A stretch of 64,000 nt of DNA. Source: the human T2T-CHM13v2.0 reference genome, Homo sapiens. How positions within the stretch are numbered: position 1 is the first letter of the stretch; every line of letters starts with the position of its first letter. Below, in pieces: positions 1 through 13,100 of the stretch. The notes under the pieces were generated by a model. That model did no database searches and was not told the DNA's origin. It was given only the letters and a program-made list of their open reading frames with translations. The position numbers and the translations under genes are program-made. The stretch lies in NCBI RefSeq assembly GCF_009914755.1, contig NC_060935.1, one strand, 5' to 3'.

Positions 1-209
1 AACATTAAAACCCACTCCCGCAAATTGCCAGAACAGTCCTTTGGTGCGGTACTTGACACCTGTTGAGATCACTGCTACAAAGGCACACACCTCTTCACTA
101 TAGGAAGACCACTCTCTAAGACCCCCACCATGCTGTGAGCTTTGCTAATTTGCTTATGAAGATGCTTCTACTTGGAATTCTGTCTTCCAAATTCTGACCT
201 AGAGTTTAG

Positions 210-560
210 CCACCCATCACCCATCCAACCATCCATCTATCCATCCATCCATCCCTCCACCATCCATCCATCCATCCATCACCCATCCATCCATCATCCA
301 CCCATCCATCCATCCATCACCCATCCATCCACCATCCACCCATCCATCCTCTATCCAACCATCATCCATCCATCCATCCTCCATCCATCCATCCATCCAT
401 CCTCTATCCATCCATCCATCCATCCATCATCCATCCATCCACCCATCCATCCATCACCCATCCATCCACCCATCCATCCATCCATCCTCCATCCATCCAT
501 TCATCTATCCATCTACCCATCACCCATCCATCCACCCATCTATCCATCATCCACCCATCT
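210..560 (+). repeat. (CCAT)n/(TCCA)n simple repeat, probably an expanded L2 tail
   Basis: Degenerate CCAT array, followed directly by an L2 3'-end-like sequence (ctctgtgccaggccctgt). Confidence 0.95.
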
Positions 561-720
561 CCTCTGTGCCAGGCCCTGTACAGTACAGGGACTTAAGGAC
601 CAAGGATGAAGCCAACCTGACTCCTATTCTCAGGGAGCTGTCAGGTAAGTGGGGAGTCAAACGTATAGGTAGACATCATAGACAATGACAATGCAATGGG
701 CCAAGTGAGATGACAGAGTG
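561..720 (-). mobile_element. L2 LINE 3' fragment
   Basis: tgtgccaggccctgt...ctcagggagctg resembles the antisense L2 3' end. Confidence 0.6.
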
Positions 721-764
721 GGGTGTGTTCGGCCATGTACCTTACAGGTAAGACTACCAGCTTT

Positions 765-905
765 GGTCTTGAGCACCTGAGTTTGATCCTTACCTGGGCA
801 GGTACTCATGGTGTGACCTCAGCTGTGTGGCTTTAATCTCTGGGCTTTGGTTTTCTCAGCTATAAAATCAGAGATTAAAAAACTCTAATATCCCAAGGCT
901 GTTGT
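765..905 (+). mobile_element. MIR SINE
   Basis: gtgtgacct...ttttctcagctataaaat, MIR core-like. Confidence 0.6.
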
Positions 906-2341
906 GCCAGTAGGTTGGGACAAAGATTCATGGTGGGTCCACATGTCCTGGTAGGGGTCTCAGAGAATCAGAATTGGCCAGTCACTGGCTCCTTCCTGGC
1001 AGACCTATGTAGCCAGCTGCTCTCACCTGATGGTATACAGGCTGTTCTGCGGCAACCAGGTTGGGCAAATTTCTGCTGACAGGACGATTCGTAGATTGAT
1101 TCAGAGTTCACTGAACTTCCAGGGCTGGCCCAGTGTCCTCACTGTGTCCTGGTCTGGCTAGAATGACCCTGCTCTGGGCGGGATGCTTGGCTGGGGGAAG
1201 GCGAATGAGTCAGTAGCTGCTCAGAGGCCCTTCTGGGGCCCGCCACTCACCAAGCCGAGCCCCTGCCCTGGGCCAGCCCCAAGTATCCAGTGACACTGGA
1301 GGACATCAAGATGATCAGACATTCCCTGACCCCAGGGAGCTCCCAGTCTGGTGGACAAACCATGGGCCCATCTCATCCTTTTAGCATGTCCATATTACCC
1401 CCAGTGACTTCCACATTGCTAGATGGCTAGTGGCTACACTTTTGTCCCCATCGCCTGTAACCTCTCAGCTGCCTCTGGCCCGCTGACCTCTCTCCTTTGG
1501 GGCCCCTGTGGCGAACGCCATGCTCCCGCTCAGAGGAAGACTCCCGACCGTGGTTCCAGCACTCCTCGGCTGCCCTACACCGCCTCAGGGAGGAGGAAAT
1601 CACCCCACTTCCCCATCTTCCCCCAGCCCCAGTGTGCTCCCCAGCCCCATGGCCTACAAAATAGCAAACAGCTGCTGTGACCAGGGCTGCCCAGACCCCA
1701 GGGGCCAGGGGGGAAGCGGGCCAAGGGGAACTTGGAGAAAGAGCTCTTAATAACATACCTTCCCCAAGCTGCTTCCAAAGAAACTTCTCCTCACAAATCA
1801 TTCCATAAACACTTAGCAGGCTCTCAGGAAAGCGTGCACAGCTCTCACCCGGCTATTAGGAGGCTCCTCACAACTAAATTGAGACCAGGCAGCAGAGGCC
1901 TGTGCCAAATCCCCCTTTCCTGCCCTCTTCCCACATGGCGTCCTCCCCCCACCCTGGGCCCTTCAGTTCCAAGGGCCAAGGTCTCCTCCCCTGCTGCTCC
2001 GGCCTCTCCTCCGGCTCTGGCCCTCTCTCCCTGCTGAGCTCAGGGTGCCCTGCTTCCCTGGAAACCAGGCCCCCTCCCCAGCATGGCTGCTGGGTTTCCA
2101 GAGAGCTCTCCTGGGCCACTATGTAGAGCTAAATCCTAATGAGACTTCTGAGGGCCACACCACCAGGCCAGGCATGGACAGACTGGGCCAGCCCACACCC
2201 CCACTCTGTCCCAGCCACCCCTCAGCAGAGGCTGCTGGTGCCTCTCAGGCTGGGGCTGCTCAATAGGGAAATAACTCCAGGTTCATCCAAGTCACAAGCT
2301 AGAAAATCCCTCCCATCCAACAATACCCCTCCAGGGAGAGT

Positions 2342-2470
2342 GTTGTGCAACCCACTCAGCTGGATAATATCCAGCACTTGGCTAATAGCCAATGGGGATC
2401 AGGGAATTGCCTGATTGTACGTAGGTTGACACATTTGCTTATAGGTTAGCAGCTCACTTGTGTAATGACT
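2342..2470. promoter_or_regulatory. Candidate enhancer: perfect NFI palindrome plus C/EBP-like sites
   Basis: TTGGCtaataGCCAA at 2378-2392; GTTGTGCAAC at 2342-2351; TTGTGTAAT near 2458. Confidence 0.4.
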
Positions 2471-3364
2471 TTCATTAAGGTCTTGGAGAACAATAGTAGG
2501 AGCTGGCACCCCAGTCTAGCTCTTCATCATCATAGGCTTTGGAAAACACTTCAAGAATGATCGCCCCTTTTTCTAGGTTTATCCAATATCATTTTGAAGA
2601 ACAAAAGCCTCTATTGTAAACAGAAATCATGGTTGAAATAAATAAAACATTCAGATGAAAATAAACATGAAGATTTGTGGGCACTGAAATTAGCAGTGGA
2701 TGGGCTTTGAGAGAGGCAGGGCCTGGGCACAGATCTTGGATCAAGTCCCAGCCACCAGTGATTGGAAGGCTGATGATGGGCAGGCCCCTGTGAACGTCAG
2801 TTCTTCAACTCTAAAATGAGGATAAATCTTACCTATCTCGAAGAGCTGCCGGGACCAGCTCCTCCTGCTCCACCACCTCTTCACAGGAGGTCAGTGGAGG
2901 GCCTCCCAGGGAACCCAGAGGCTGGAGGCCTTGCCACGGCACCAGGCCTTCTGCTTCACTCCAGGAGTTCAATCACAGGTCACTCATTCAGCCTTTCTTC
3001 CAGCAAACATTGAGGAAGCCTCTTCTACACACCAGGCACTGAGCGAGGCACCGATCAAGACAGACACAGGCTTGCCCCATGAGGAGCAAGCAGAGAAGGA
3101 GGACAAGCACGAAAGGACAAGTGCTGACCTGCAGTCACGGTAAGAGTTACAGTGGCCCGAGTCAAAGGACTGAATGTCTCCTTCCACAGGGCAGGGAATC
3201 GGACTCCCGGCTCCAAGCTGCCCAGAAACAGAACTCCAGGCCCAAAGGCGCCCGTGAGAAGAATCAGGCTTCTTGTGTGTTGGCTGTAGTGGGAGAAAGA
3301 ATGGAAGGAGAGGGTCTAGACCACTATGATGATGATGACGATGAAGGTGAAGGTGGTGGTGATA

Positions 3365-3800
<436 letters not shown>

Positions 3801-4046
3801 GAAAACATGGCAGTGGGCCCCTTCTCCAGACCTGAAACAAAAGAGTCACCTCTGGAAACAGTGAAGTGGGCACCACTCCGCGTTGTGTGATCTGTGGAAC
3901 TCAGGACAGACCCTGCAGCCTCTTCCAAAGCCAGTGCTCCCAGATGTTGGGACCTGAATATCCAGCCCTGGTTCCCTGCCCCTTTGCACCCACCGTTATC
4001 CTCCTTAGACATCTCCGTCTCATATACATCCCCAGGGAGGCTTTTT

Positions 4047-4345
<299 letters not shown>

Positions 4346-4720
4346 TAAGTAGCAATCCCTCCATTCAGCAGTGAGGTGGTGCTGCCTGTCCACCTGCGTG
4401 CCTGTCCTCACATCGCCTGGCTCAATGGGCCCTAGACTGCCCACCTCTCTCCATCACACCTGCCCTTTCCCTCCCCAAAGCTTTGGCCTGTCTTCTTCTA
4501 ATGGACTCCTACCTATTCCTCAAGGTTCAGCTCAAACTCCACTTCTTACCAGAACTTCTGATTCCTCACCTTCCACGAAGGTGACACAAGAGAGGAGAAA
4601 AAACACTAGTTATCACCTTAGAAAACCTAGCCCTAGCCCTTACCTAATGTGCCACAACTGTGAACAAATCACATTTCCTCTCTCTGGATCAGTTATCTTA
4701 ACTATAAAATAGGGCTAATA

Positions 4721-5037
4721 GGCCAGGCTTGGTGGCTCAGGCCTATAATCTCAGCACATTGGGAGGCCGAGGCTGGTGGATCACTTGAGGCCAGGAGTTC
4801 AAGACTAGCCTTGCCAATATGGAGAAACCCCATCTTTACTAAAAATACAAAAATTAGCCGGGTGTGGTGGCACGCACCTGTACTCCCAGCTACTTGGGAG
4901 GTTGAGGCGGGAGAATTGCTTGGAGGCGGGAGAATCGCTTGAACCCAGGAGGTGGAGGCTGCGGTGAGCTGAGATCACACCACTGCACTCCAGCCTGGGC
5001 AATAGAGTGAGACCCTGTCTCAAAAAAAAAAAAAAAA
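4721..5037 (+). mobile_element. Alu (AluS-like) inserted in a MIR
   Basis: Full-length dimer, A tail, TSD aaaatagggctaata (4706-4720 / 5034-5048). Confidence 0.97.
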
Positions 5038-5123
5038 TAGGGCTAATAATTCTTACTTTGTGAGCTTAAGGTGGTGATTAAATGAGGTATGAATATAAAT
5101 GCTCTTTATAAACAACAGAGTGC

Positions 5124-5445
5124 ACCGGGCATGGTGGCTCATGCCTGTAATCGCAGCACTTTGGGAGGCTGAGGCAGGCAGATCACTTGAGGTCAGGAGT
5201 TTGAAACCAGCCTGGCCAACATGATGAAACCCCATCTCTACTAAAAATACAAAAAAAAAAAAAAAAAAAAAAGAAGCTGGGCATGGTGGCACCCACCTAT
5301 AATCCTAGCTACTTGGGAGTCTGAGGCAGGAGAACTGCTTGAACCCAGGAGGCGGAGGTTTCAGTGAGCTGAGATTGTGCTACTGCACTCCAGCCTGGGT
5401 GACAGAGCAAGACTCTGTCTCAAAAAATAAAATAAACAAAAAATA
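5124..5445 (+). mobile_element. Alu (AluSx-like)
   Basis: Full length, expanded middle A tract, TSD aaac(a/g)acagagtgc. Confidence 0.97.
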
Positions 5446-5479
5446 AACGACAGAGTGCTAAAGCATATGATTTATAATC

Positions 5480-6440
5480 AACAATCTCATTGCCACATAA
5501 AGTGACAAAAATTGGCTTAGTCAAAAAAACAAAGAAGGAAAAGAAAAATATTAAGTCATCTAACTGCAAAGTCCAAGGGCATGAGAGTTTCAGGCATGGC
5601 TTTATCTAGGGGCTCAAATTCTGCCCCCAGGACCTGCTCGCTCCATCTCTCGGTTCTCCTGGTTCCCATGTTGGCTTCATTTTTAGGCTCCAAGTGGTGA
5701 AAAGATAACTATAAAATTAACTTCCAGGTTCAGGTCCAGCCAAAAAAAATTTTGTTAAGAGTCCTCCTTTGTCAGTAGACCCAGCAAGCATTCAAATATG
5801 TAACCCATTGCTTCTAACGGGTCGTGAGTCCATCTGTGAACAAGTCCCTGTGGCCAGGAATATGTGAAGCTCTGACTGACGGGGCCTATGTCTCACGGCC
5901 AGCTCTGGAGCTCTGGAGTTGGGGGTGGGGACAACACTATCTGAAATATAGGAGCCAATGAGTAGGGAAGAGTGGATGAGAGGAATAATTACCTTAGAGC
6001 AAAAGCAGAGTCCTGCCACCAGAATAAAAGGGGAAAGGATGTTGAGGACAAGATAATAACTGCCCACACAGTCCACCCCTTTGAGGGCTGACATTTATGC
6101 ATGCCTTTACTTGCACACAAAATAATACCTTCCCACTTCCTCCCCTCTCTCAAATAGAAGACAAATCAGAGACTCATAATACTGAGTTCAGAATCTCTGG
6201 GTGACTTATATTATTTTCCTTCAGAGTTAGATGTATTCTTGAGGTCTTGCAATCTGTGGCTGAAAGATTATCCCTCCAACAGACCATGACTCCATAATGG
6301 CAGAGAGAATTGGGTAACTGCAATAACAATTCCTACTGAAAAGGGAGAAGAAAGGAAAGCAGCACACGGCGCTACCAGTCCACAGCATTCACCAGTTCCT
6401 GATGAACAGGGACAGCAAAGTCTTCCTGTCCTGGGTGGAG
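5480..6440 (-). mobile_element. Old MaLR LTR (MLT1J/K-like) plus probable internal sequence
   Basis: taactgcaaagtcca...ttcaggcatggctttatctaggggctcaaa...tgttggcttcatt, typical of antisense old MLT1. Confidence 0.65.
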
Positions 6441-6460
6441 AAATGAGTTACTTGAATGGA

Positions 6461-6966
6461 GTGGTAGGCAGAATATGCTCCCCACCCGAAAGATGTCCAC
6501 AGCCTGATCCCTGGAGCCTGTGCCTATGTTATGTTAAATGGCAAAGAGGAATTAAGATCACAGACGGAAATCGGGTGCTAGTCTGCTGACCTTAAAATCA
6601 GGAGATAATGCTGGATTACCTGGTGTGCCACTGTAAGCACAGCGTCCTTGAAAGTGAAAGAGGAGGCAGCAGAAGAGTCTGTGTCTGAGTGATGGGAGGC
6701 AGGAAAGACTCAATCAGCCATCGCTGACTTTGAGGAGGGAAGGGGGCCACTAGCCAAGGAGTGCGGGCAGCCTCTAGAAGCTGGGAAAGGCAAGAGAACA
6801 GGATCTCCCCAGAGCCTCTGTAAAGGAGCGCAGTTCTGACACTCTGATGCTAGCCCAATAAAGTACATTTTGGACTTCTGTCCTATGGAATTGTAGGGTA
6901 ATACATTTGTGTTAAGTCCTTGAGTTTGTGGGAATTTGTTACAGTGACCATAGTGAGACAGCGACA
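6461..6966 (+). mobile_element. MaLR LTR (MLT1D/E-like)
   Basis: gtggtaggcagaat...aaagatgtccac...agccaaggagtgcgggcagcctctagaagctgggaaaggcaag...aatttgttacag. Confidence 0.9.
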
Positions 6967-7049
6967 CAGCAAATCCCACTACCACGATACTCCTTTTGTT
7001 CCCACTGTTATGCCTCCGGCTGGGAATGGAACAGACACTGCCACTTTTG

Positions 7050-7200
7050 GTCCCCCTAACAATCTTGGGAGAAGGTGTAATCATCCTTAGGTTACGGATG
7101 AGAAAACAGAGGCTCAGGTAACAGACAACTGCTAAAGGCAACCAGTTAGTGGAAGAGGGAGCCAACAGGCAAACCCTCGCCTGTCTGACTTGGAGCCGGG
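7050..7200 (-). mobile_element. MIR
   Basis: ttacggatgagaaaacagaggctcag. Confidence 0.6.
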
Positions 7201-8199
7201 CTGGGGTCCTCATATAACTTCCTCGCCCAGTGGTCCTCTTATCTCTGCTGAAACCCTCCAGCCACAGAGGCTCACACCTTGCAAAGCCCCAGGCCTCCCT
7301 GCTCCCTCCTGGCCTCATGCCTTGCATGACCTGATGGATGGTGGCTAGAATAGCCAGTGGAGGGCGGCCAGAATGTCAGACTCTGGCCAGTCAGCGGGCA
7401 ATGAATCCAGGACACAGTTGCCTTGTTGGTGGGCCCAGGCTGAGCATCCCTACTCACGGGGAGCAGGTTCTGTTTATCAAAATCTAGACTTCTGCCCTCC
7501 TCTCCTGCCTCCAGCCTCCACGCTCCCCTTGGCTGAACTGGGTTTTGGAATGCATTGCTTTGTACTAAATGGAGAAAATGTGGAACCTTGTCTTTCAAGA
7601 TTTATTCTTCTCTGTGCTGTCACCTCCACTCCTGTCTAATCCTGGAATGTCCCCGGGGTGGGTGAGGTGAGGGAGGGCAGCTATGGCTCCTCCGATTTCT
7701 TCCTGACAAATGTAAAATGGGCCAGGGGGGCCACAGGGGAGGTAAATCGATCCCAAAAAGTGCCTTGTGTGCAATTTGGGGATGAGAGAAAGTTCATGTA
7801 GAGATAGGGCTCCGAGGATGCACCCCCAGGGGCTGGCCTGGCCAGCTGATGACCAAAAACAACTGCCTCCCTCCTCCCCAACACACGCAACCCACACACA
7901 GGCCCAGGCTTACACCCCCCAACTGAGTGGGAACAGTCAAGATCCCAGAGGCCAGACCACAAAACCTAAACACAGACTCCAGAGGGCAGATGAGACCCAG
8001 GGGAACGTCTCCTCTGACCTCTTCATTGGCCTAGAGAAGGGAGGTGCCTTGCCTAAGGTCACATGGCAAAGCCGGGACTACCGCCTCATCAAGCCTCAGT
8101 TTCCCAGGGGTAAAATGCAGGCCTGATGAGAAGCTCAAGTGAGGCAGAAATTGCTAAGTGAATGTGACAGGGAAGTAATTACAGCCCAGCAAGGATTGG

Positions 8200-8345
8200 G
8201 AGCAGTTTTCTTTCTTAATGCTGTGAAACTGAGGCTCGGAGAGGAACTTTTTCAAGATCACACAGCTGGCAAGTGGCAAAGCTGAACTTCGGACTGGCTC
8301 TCTCTGACTTCAGAGCCCACGGGTGCTACCTTTCACCACATTGTC
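8200..8345 (-). mobile_element. MIR
   Basis: gaaactgaggctcggagagg...caagatcacacagctggcaagtggcaaagctg. Confidence 0.75.
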
Positions 8346-10024
8346 ATGTCACATGTCAGCATCACAGTGACCCTTTCTATACCTGAAATCTCTTCCAATT
8401 TCCTGAACCCAAGACCCAAGGGAGTGACTGGGAGGCCTGGGAGGCTCTGGGGAGATGTGTGAGTCTGAACAAAGGTCAGACCCCGGCTTGACTGCAGTCC
8501 CCAACCCCCCAGTTGGTCCTGTGTGCCAGGTATACCCTGAAGGCCTGCAGACAGCCCTGGCAGGGGGTCTCTGGGTAGGCAGGGGGGACATCACACACTG
8601 TGGGCTTGGACCTGTGGGGATGTCCTTCTTGGCCCACCTGGGCATTTCATGTCCCTGCATCTGTCCGGGGCTTGAGGGGCTCCTTCGGGTGCAGGCCCTG
8701 AACAGGGTCCTCAGGTGCTGGGCACACACAAGGGGTCACTCAAGCACTCAGCAAATGCCTGGCAGGCCCTGTCCTGGGTTCCGGGTAGAGACCATCAGAC
8801 CCAGTCCTTTCCCTAGAGCAGTCCCTGAGCAAGTGCAGGAGAGGCGGGAAGAGATAAATGACAGAAGGGGAGCTGGCACCTTCGCACATCCACCAAAGCC
8901 ACCCCTTCCTGCAAGCACAACGTTGTCTTAAAAAATACACAAATTCCTGTTGACAGTCTCGGGCCAGGTGGCCCCCAGAGTGGTGCAGGGTCAACCAGCA
9001 CGGCAGCACGGCCCCGTGCACCCCAGGTCTTCAGGCCAAAACCTGAATGAAGGGCTCTTTGACTCCAAAGCTGTGCCTTCCTCACAGCTCCACAGGAGGC
9101 CTGGCTGCCTCCACTGCAGCCCACACCCTCTCCTGTGCTCGCTGCTCCCACACCCAGGCGGCTTCCTGTCCAGGCCTTCTTGCCTCTTCTGCATAGGCAG
9201 GGGCTAGATGGGAGACCCCGCGGCCCCCGCCTGCCTGGGACGGTCTGGCGTGAGTGTATGCAGAGCTGGCCCTCGAGCCAGGGCAATGGTCCTTGAAGCG
9301 CACGTCAATGTGACGTGACCACAGGGGTCACTTGGAAAGGGCGGGACAAATGGGTCATGGGAGAGAACAGGAGCATAGCAGGAGCCCCTCCCATCCGCAC
9401 AGTGGTTTGCCCCTTACAAATCCTGTTTCCACACTGTGGCTCCCTGAAAGAGCCACTACAAAAGAATGGGTGAAGCGAGGCAGGCTCAGAGAGCTCAAGT
9501 CACTTGTCCAAGGTCACACAGCCACACCACAGCCCCGCTGACCCTGCCTGTCAGCCTGCCCCTCCATCCCAGGCCTCCTTCACCACCCGCAGCCCCTCTC
9601 TGGCTCGCATGGGTGGGCTCAGGGAGGCAGGGGCTGGGCTCTGTGGCTGGGCCCCGCCATGTGCATTGAGGCATTGGAGTTGGCAATGACGATGGAGCTG
9701 CCAGAGCTGCTGTCTGCCGGGAGGAGGTCACGGTCTGCAGACGCCACGGTCTGTTGGCTTTGCGAGCAGGATGAACTGGGGAGGCCCACCTGGCCCTGGG
9801 TAGGTTGGGGTGCTCTCAGCAGAGCCAGGGGAGACGGCAGCTCCGCCAGGGCCCTCTTGTTTCCCTGCTTCCTGCTGGAGTGCGGGGGCAAATAGCCCAT
9901 CCAAGCCTCCTTTGCAGGGCAAGTGAGTGGGTGATGCACTAGGTGAGGGGTGCACTGCAAGAGACCGGGGGACCTCAGGCCAAGGGCAGCATTACCCAGC
10001 CCCCTTGGAAGCCCAGCAATTACC

Positions 10025-10180
10025 TAAGCATGGGCACTCTGGAGCCACGCTTCTGGGTTCAAATCCCAGACACCTGTGTGTGACTGTGGGCAAGGTCACC
10101 TTCACCTCTCTGTCCCAGCTGCCCCATCTGTGTGATTACACTAATACCAATGTTTACCTTATAGGGTTGTTATGATAATA
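10025..10180 (+). mobile_element. MIR
   Basis: ctgggttcaaatcccag...tgtgtgactgtgggcaag...cttatagggttgttatga. Confidence 0.75.
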
Positions 10181-13100
10181 CTGACCCTCATAACCAGCAA
10201 GTCAGGCAAGGGCCGGGACACAAACGTAGGATCCCTTTCAACAAAGGCACAGCGTATGCATGAGAAAGACTACCCTAGAATTGCTTCAAAAGCCTCTTCC
10301 CCTCTCCAGGCCTCAGTCTTTCTGTCTGAAGAGTGGGTGGGTCAGCCTACTAGGTCTCCAAGTCCCTGAGAGGTTAGCCACCCGATGCCCTGTGCCCCCT
10401 TGAGCACTGATGGAGGATGGAGAGGCAGCGGGATTAGGCAAGTGACCAGCAGGTCTAGGGCTGAGGACAGTGTGTCCTCTCCACTCTAAGGACACTGGGA
10501 GTGGTGGCAGAGGAGGGGATGCCCTTTTGGGGGTGTGGAAGACCATGTCCCCCATCTCACTCGCCCAGCTGACTAAGGCCAGGCCCTTCAGGCAATAGGG
10601 ACAGGAACAGGATTGGGGCACCCCAAACTGCTCCCCAAATCAACTTCCTTTTGTTAAAAAAATGGCAAAATCTTTCTGGTGTGGATTGACAAAAATTACA
10701 GAGCCATTTAGGACCAGACAGAGGTAGATTCCCAACCCGCCTCTTCCACATAATGCTGTGTAACTTGGGTGAGACACTCAACCTCTCTCTGTCTCCAATT
10801 CCTCAACTGTAAAATGGGGCTTATAGTCCCTCCTTCACAAGGGGGTGACAGGTGGGAGAGCTCCCTAACCAGAGCGGGTGCTCAGAAGATGCTGGGCCGC
10901 TGGGTCCTTCCCACCTTCTTTTGTTGATTCAATCCAACTACCTTGATGCCACCTAAAGTGGACTAGGCCCTGTCGTGGGCTGAGGACCCACATAGACCAG
11001 CGTCACTCCTGCTTTCAACCAGCTCAAGGGTCCCAGGAGAAGTCAATGCTGTGACCAAAATGTTGAGATGAGTGAAGACTTCACGCTGGAGGTGGAGGCA
11101 ACTGGATGTTTTACCATGATTGTTGAAGTCAGATGATTCAGACACGGGGTTTATGACACTATTCTATATGATGTTGTAAGTTTTTCATGAATCACCTAAA
11201 ATCATCTCAAATTCTATCTTCCATATGTAATAGTCTCAACAACCAGACGTCAGGAAGCATTGGAGGATCTGTCTAACTTTGCCTCCTCTGGACAAGGTCC
11301 AGTTTGTCCATGGAGCCCAGAGCAGGCCGTTCTCCAAAGTAGAACATTCCTTCCATGTCCAGCTTTGGAGAAATGTAGGGTCCTGGCCCCCACATTTCTG
11401 GTGATGCAGCCAGAGATGATAATGGTGTCCTTTGCAGCCTGCCGCTGTTGGCTCATGGCCACTCTCCCCTCTGCTCCTATCCTGGGTGGCCTGCAGGTGG
11501 GCTGAACCACAGGCGGCAAATATTTGCTGACCGAGGGAACGTATTGTCATTGAATACCACTCAGCAGGTGTCTGCATGTGAGGGGGTGAAACAGGGGGCA
11601 GTGGCTGGGGAAGGAATTGCCTGAAGCTTCACACCTGTGGGGAGGCCCAGACGGTGGGTGACCCAGCCCCAACCCTGGTCAAGTTCAAAGGCTGAGGGAG
11701 AAGACAGGGGCCAGATCGGATGCTTGAACAACAGGGCGCAAGAAGTAAAGATGTCATCAAAGGCTGAGGTGACAGCTCTGCAGTTGCGCTGAGCCAGAAA
11801 GAGCTGGGCACGAGAAGACAGGTCAGGTCCCCACAGCAGAGTGAGGGCAGGGCACCAGCAGCTCCTGGGGTAGCCCACATATTCAGAGACACCCCCTCGC
11901 AAGGAGAGGGCAGGGTTAAACATGAGTGGCCAGGTGGAGTGTGGCATATGAGCATCAGGACCCCATAGAGACCCAGATCTACCCTCGAATGTGTGCAGCC
12001 TCACAGGGCACTCCTGCAGGTGGAGATAGCAGTAACACCCCCTTGAGATGTTCAGGGCGGAGTTGATGATGGGCTGACACTGTGGGTGGGCGCTCGGTGG
12101 AGAGGGACTCGCCTGCCTCTAAATCAGGTCCAGCCCTCAGCTCCAGGGCTGCTCCTAGTGAAGCTGGCCCTGCCCACCACTTGTTAAAAAATATTCCGAA
12201 TAATACTCAGCTGCATCTTGTCAAGCATCTGCTAGGTGTCCGACAGTTGCTAAGTGCTTCATAGGCCCTAACACGGGATCCTCACGAAACTGCATGGAAT
12301 AAGTGCTACCACTTCCTCCCTTTCCAGGCAAGGACACTAAGGCTGGGGAGCTGAGGAGACTGCCTGAGTTGCGAAGCCAACATTCGACAGACGACTTCGG
12401 GGACCACCAGCCAGGCTGCAGGGCCCTGCTAGTCCTGCGGCCATTCCTTCCTGCAGCTTGCCACCTAGGCCACTCGGCTGGCCCAGAACCACCTGCTGCC
12501 TTCTGTTGTCCTTAGAACAGGGAACAGTGGGGTTCCTTAGAACAGACTCCTGGGGTGCCCACTGGTCCTGTGGGCAGAGAGAGACTCTGACCACTACCTT
12601 AGGTCTCCCATTCCCAGTAGGGAGAGACTTGGTGGCCTCATGCCCTGTGGAGAGATGAGGGCCTGGGTGGGGGGAGTGAGAATTCGGCCATTGTTGGGCA
12701 GGGGTCCTCAGAGCAGCCACGAGTCCAGAGCTCAGAGGGGAACTCACCCAGCTTGCCATGCCAGGGGCTGCCGAGGACCCCGGCCTCCTGCTCCCAGCCA
12801 GGTTCTGGCCACGTCGTGGAAGAAGGGGAGGCAGGGAGCAGGAACAGCCAGGTCTCCCCCGATGGGGCCAAGGCATTGGAACCTCCCTGCTCACTGTCTG
12901 GGGTGGGGGTTGAAGAAACAGCACAAGGGCCTGGAAACTTGGGACCTGTGGAGTGGTCTTGGGCAAGCCCCTTACCCTTTCAGAACCTCCGTTTCTGCCC
13001 AGTTGACCCACTGGCTGAAGTGTCCAGCGAGACAATGTGTGCGAGTGTCCTCGGTGGTCCCCTGCCTAAGCTTTCTACCACTGCTCTTGCTACATGACCT

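Noticed and set aside
172-609. 145-aa His/Pro/Ser/Ile-rich ORF and its antisense MDGW ORF
   Set aside because: Translation of the (CCAT)n simple repeat.
11236-12004. Unique-looking stretch with several overlapping ORFs
   Set aside because: No recognisable protein family, consistent frame or convincing splice pair.
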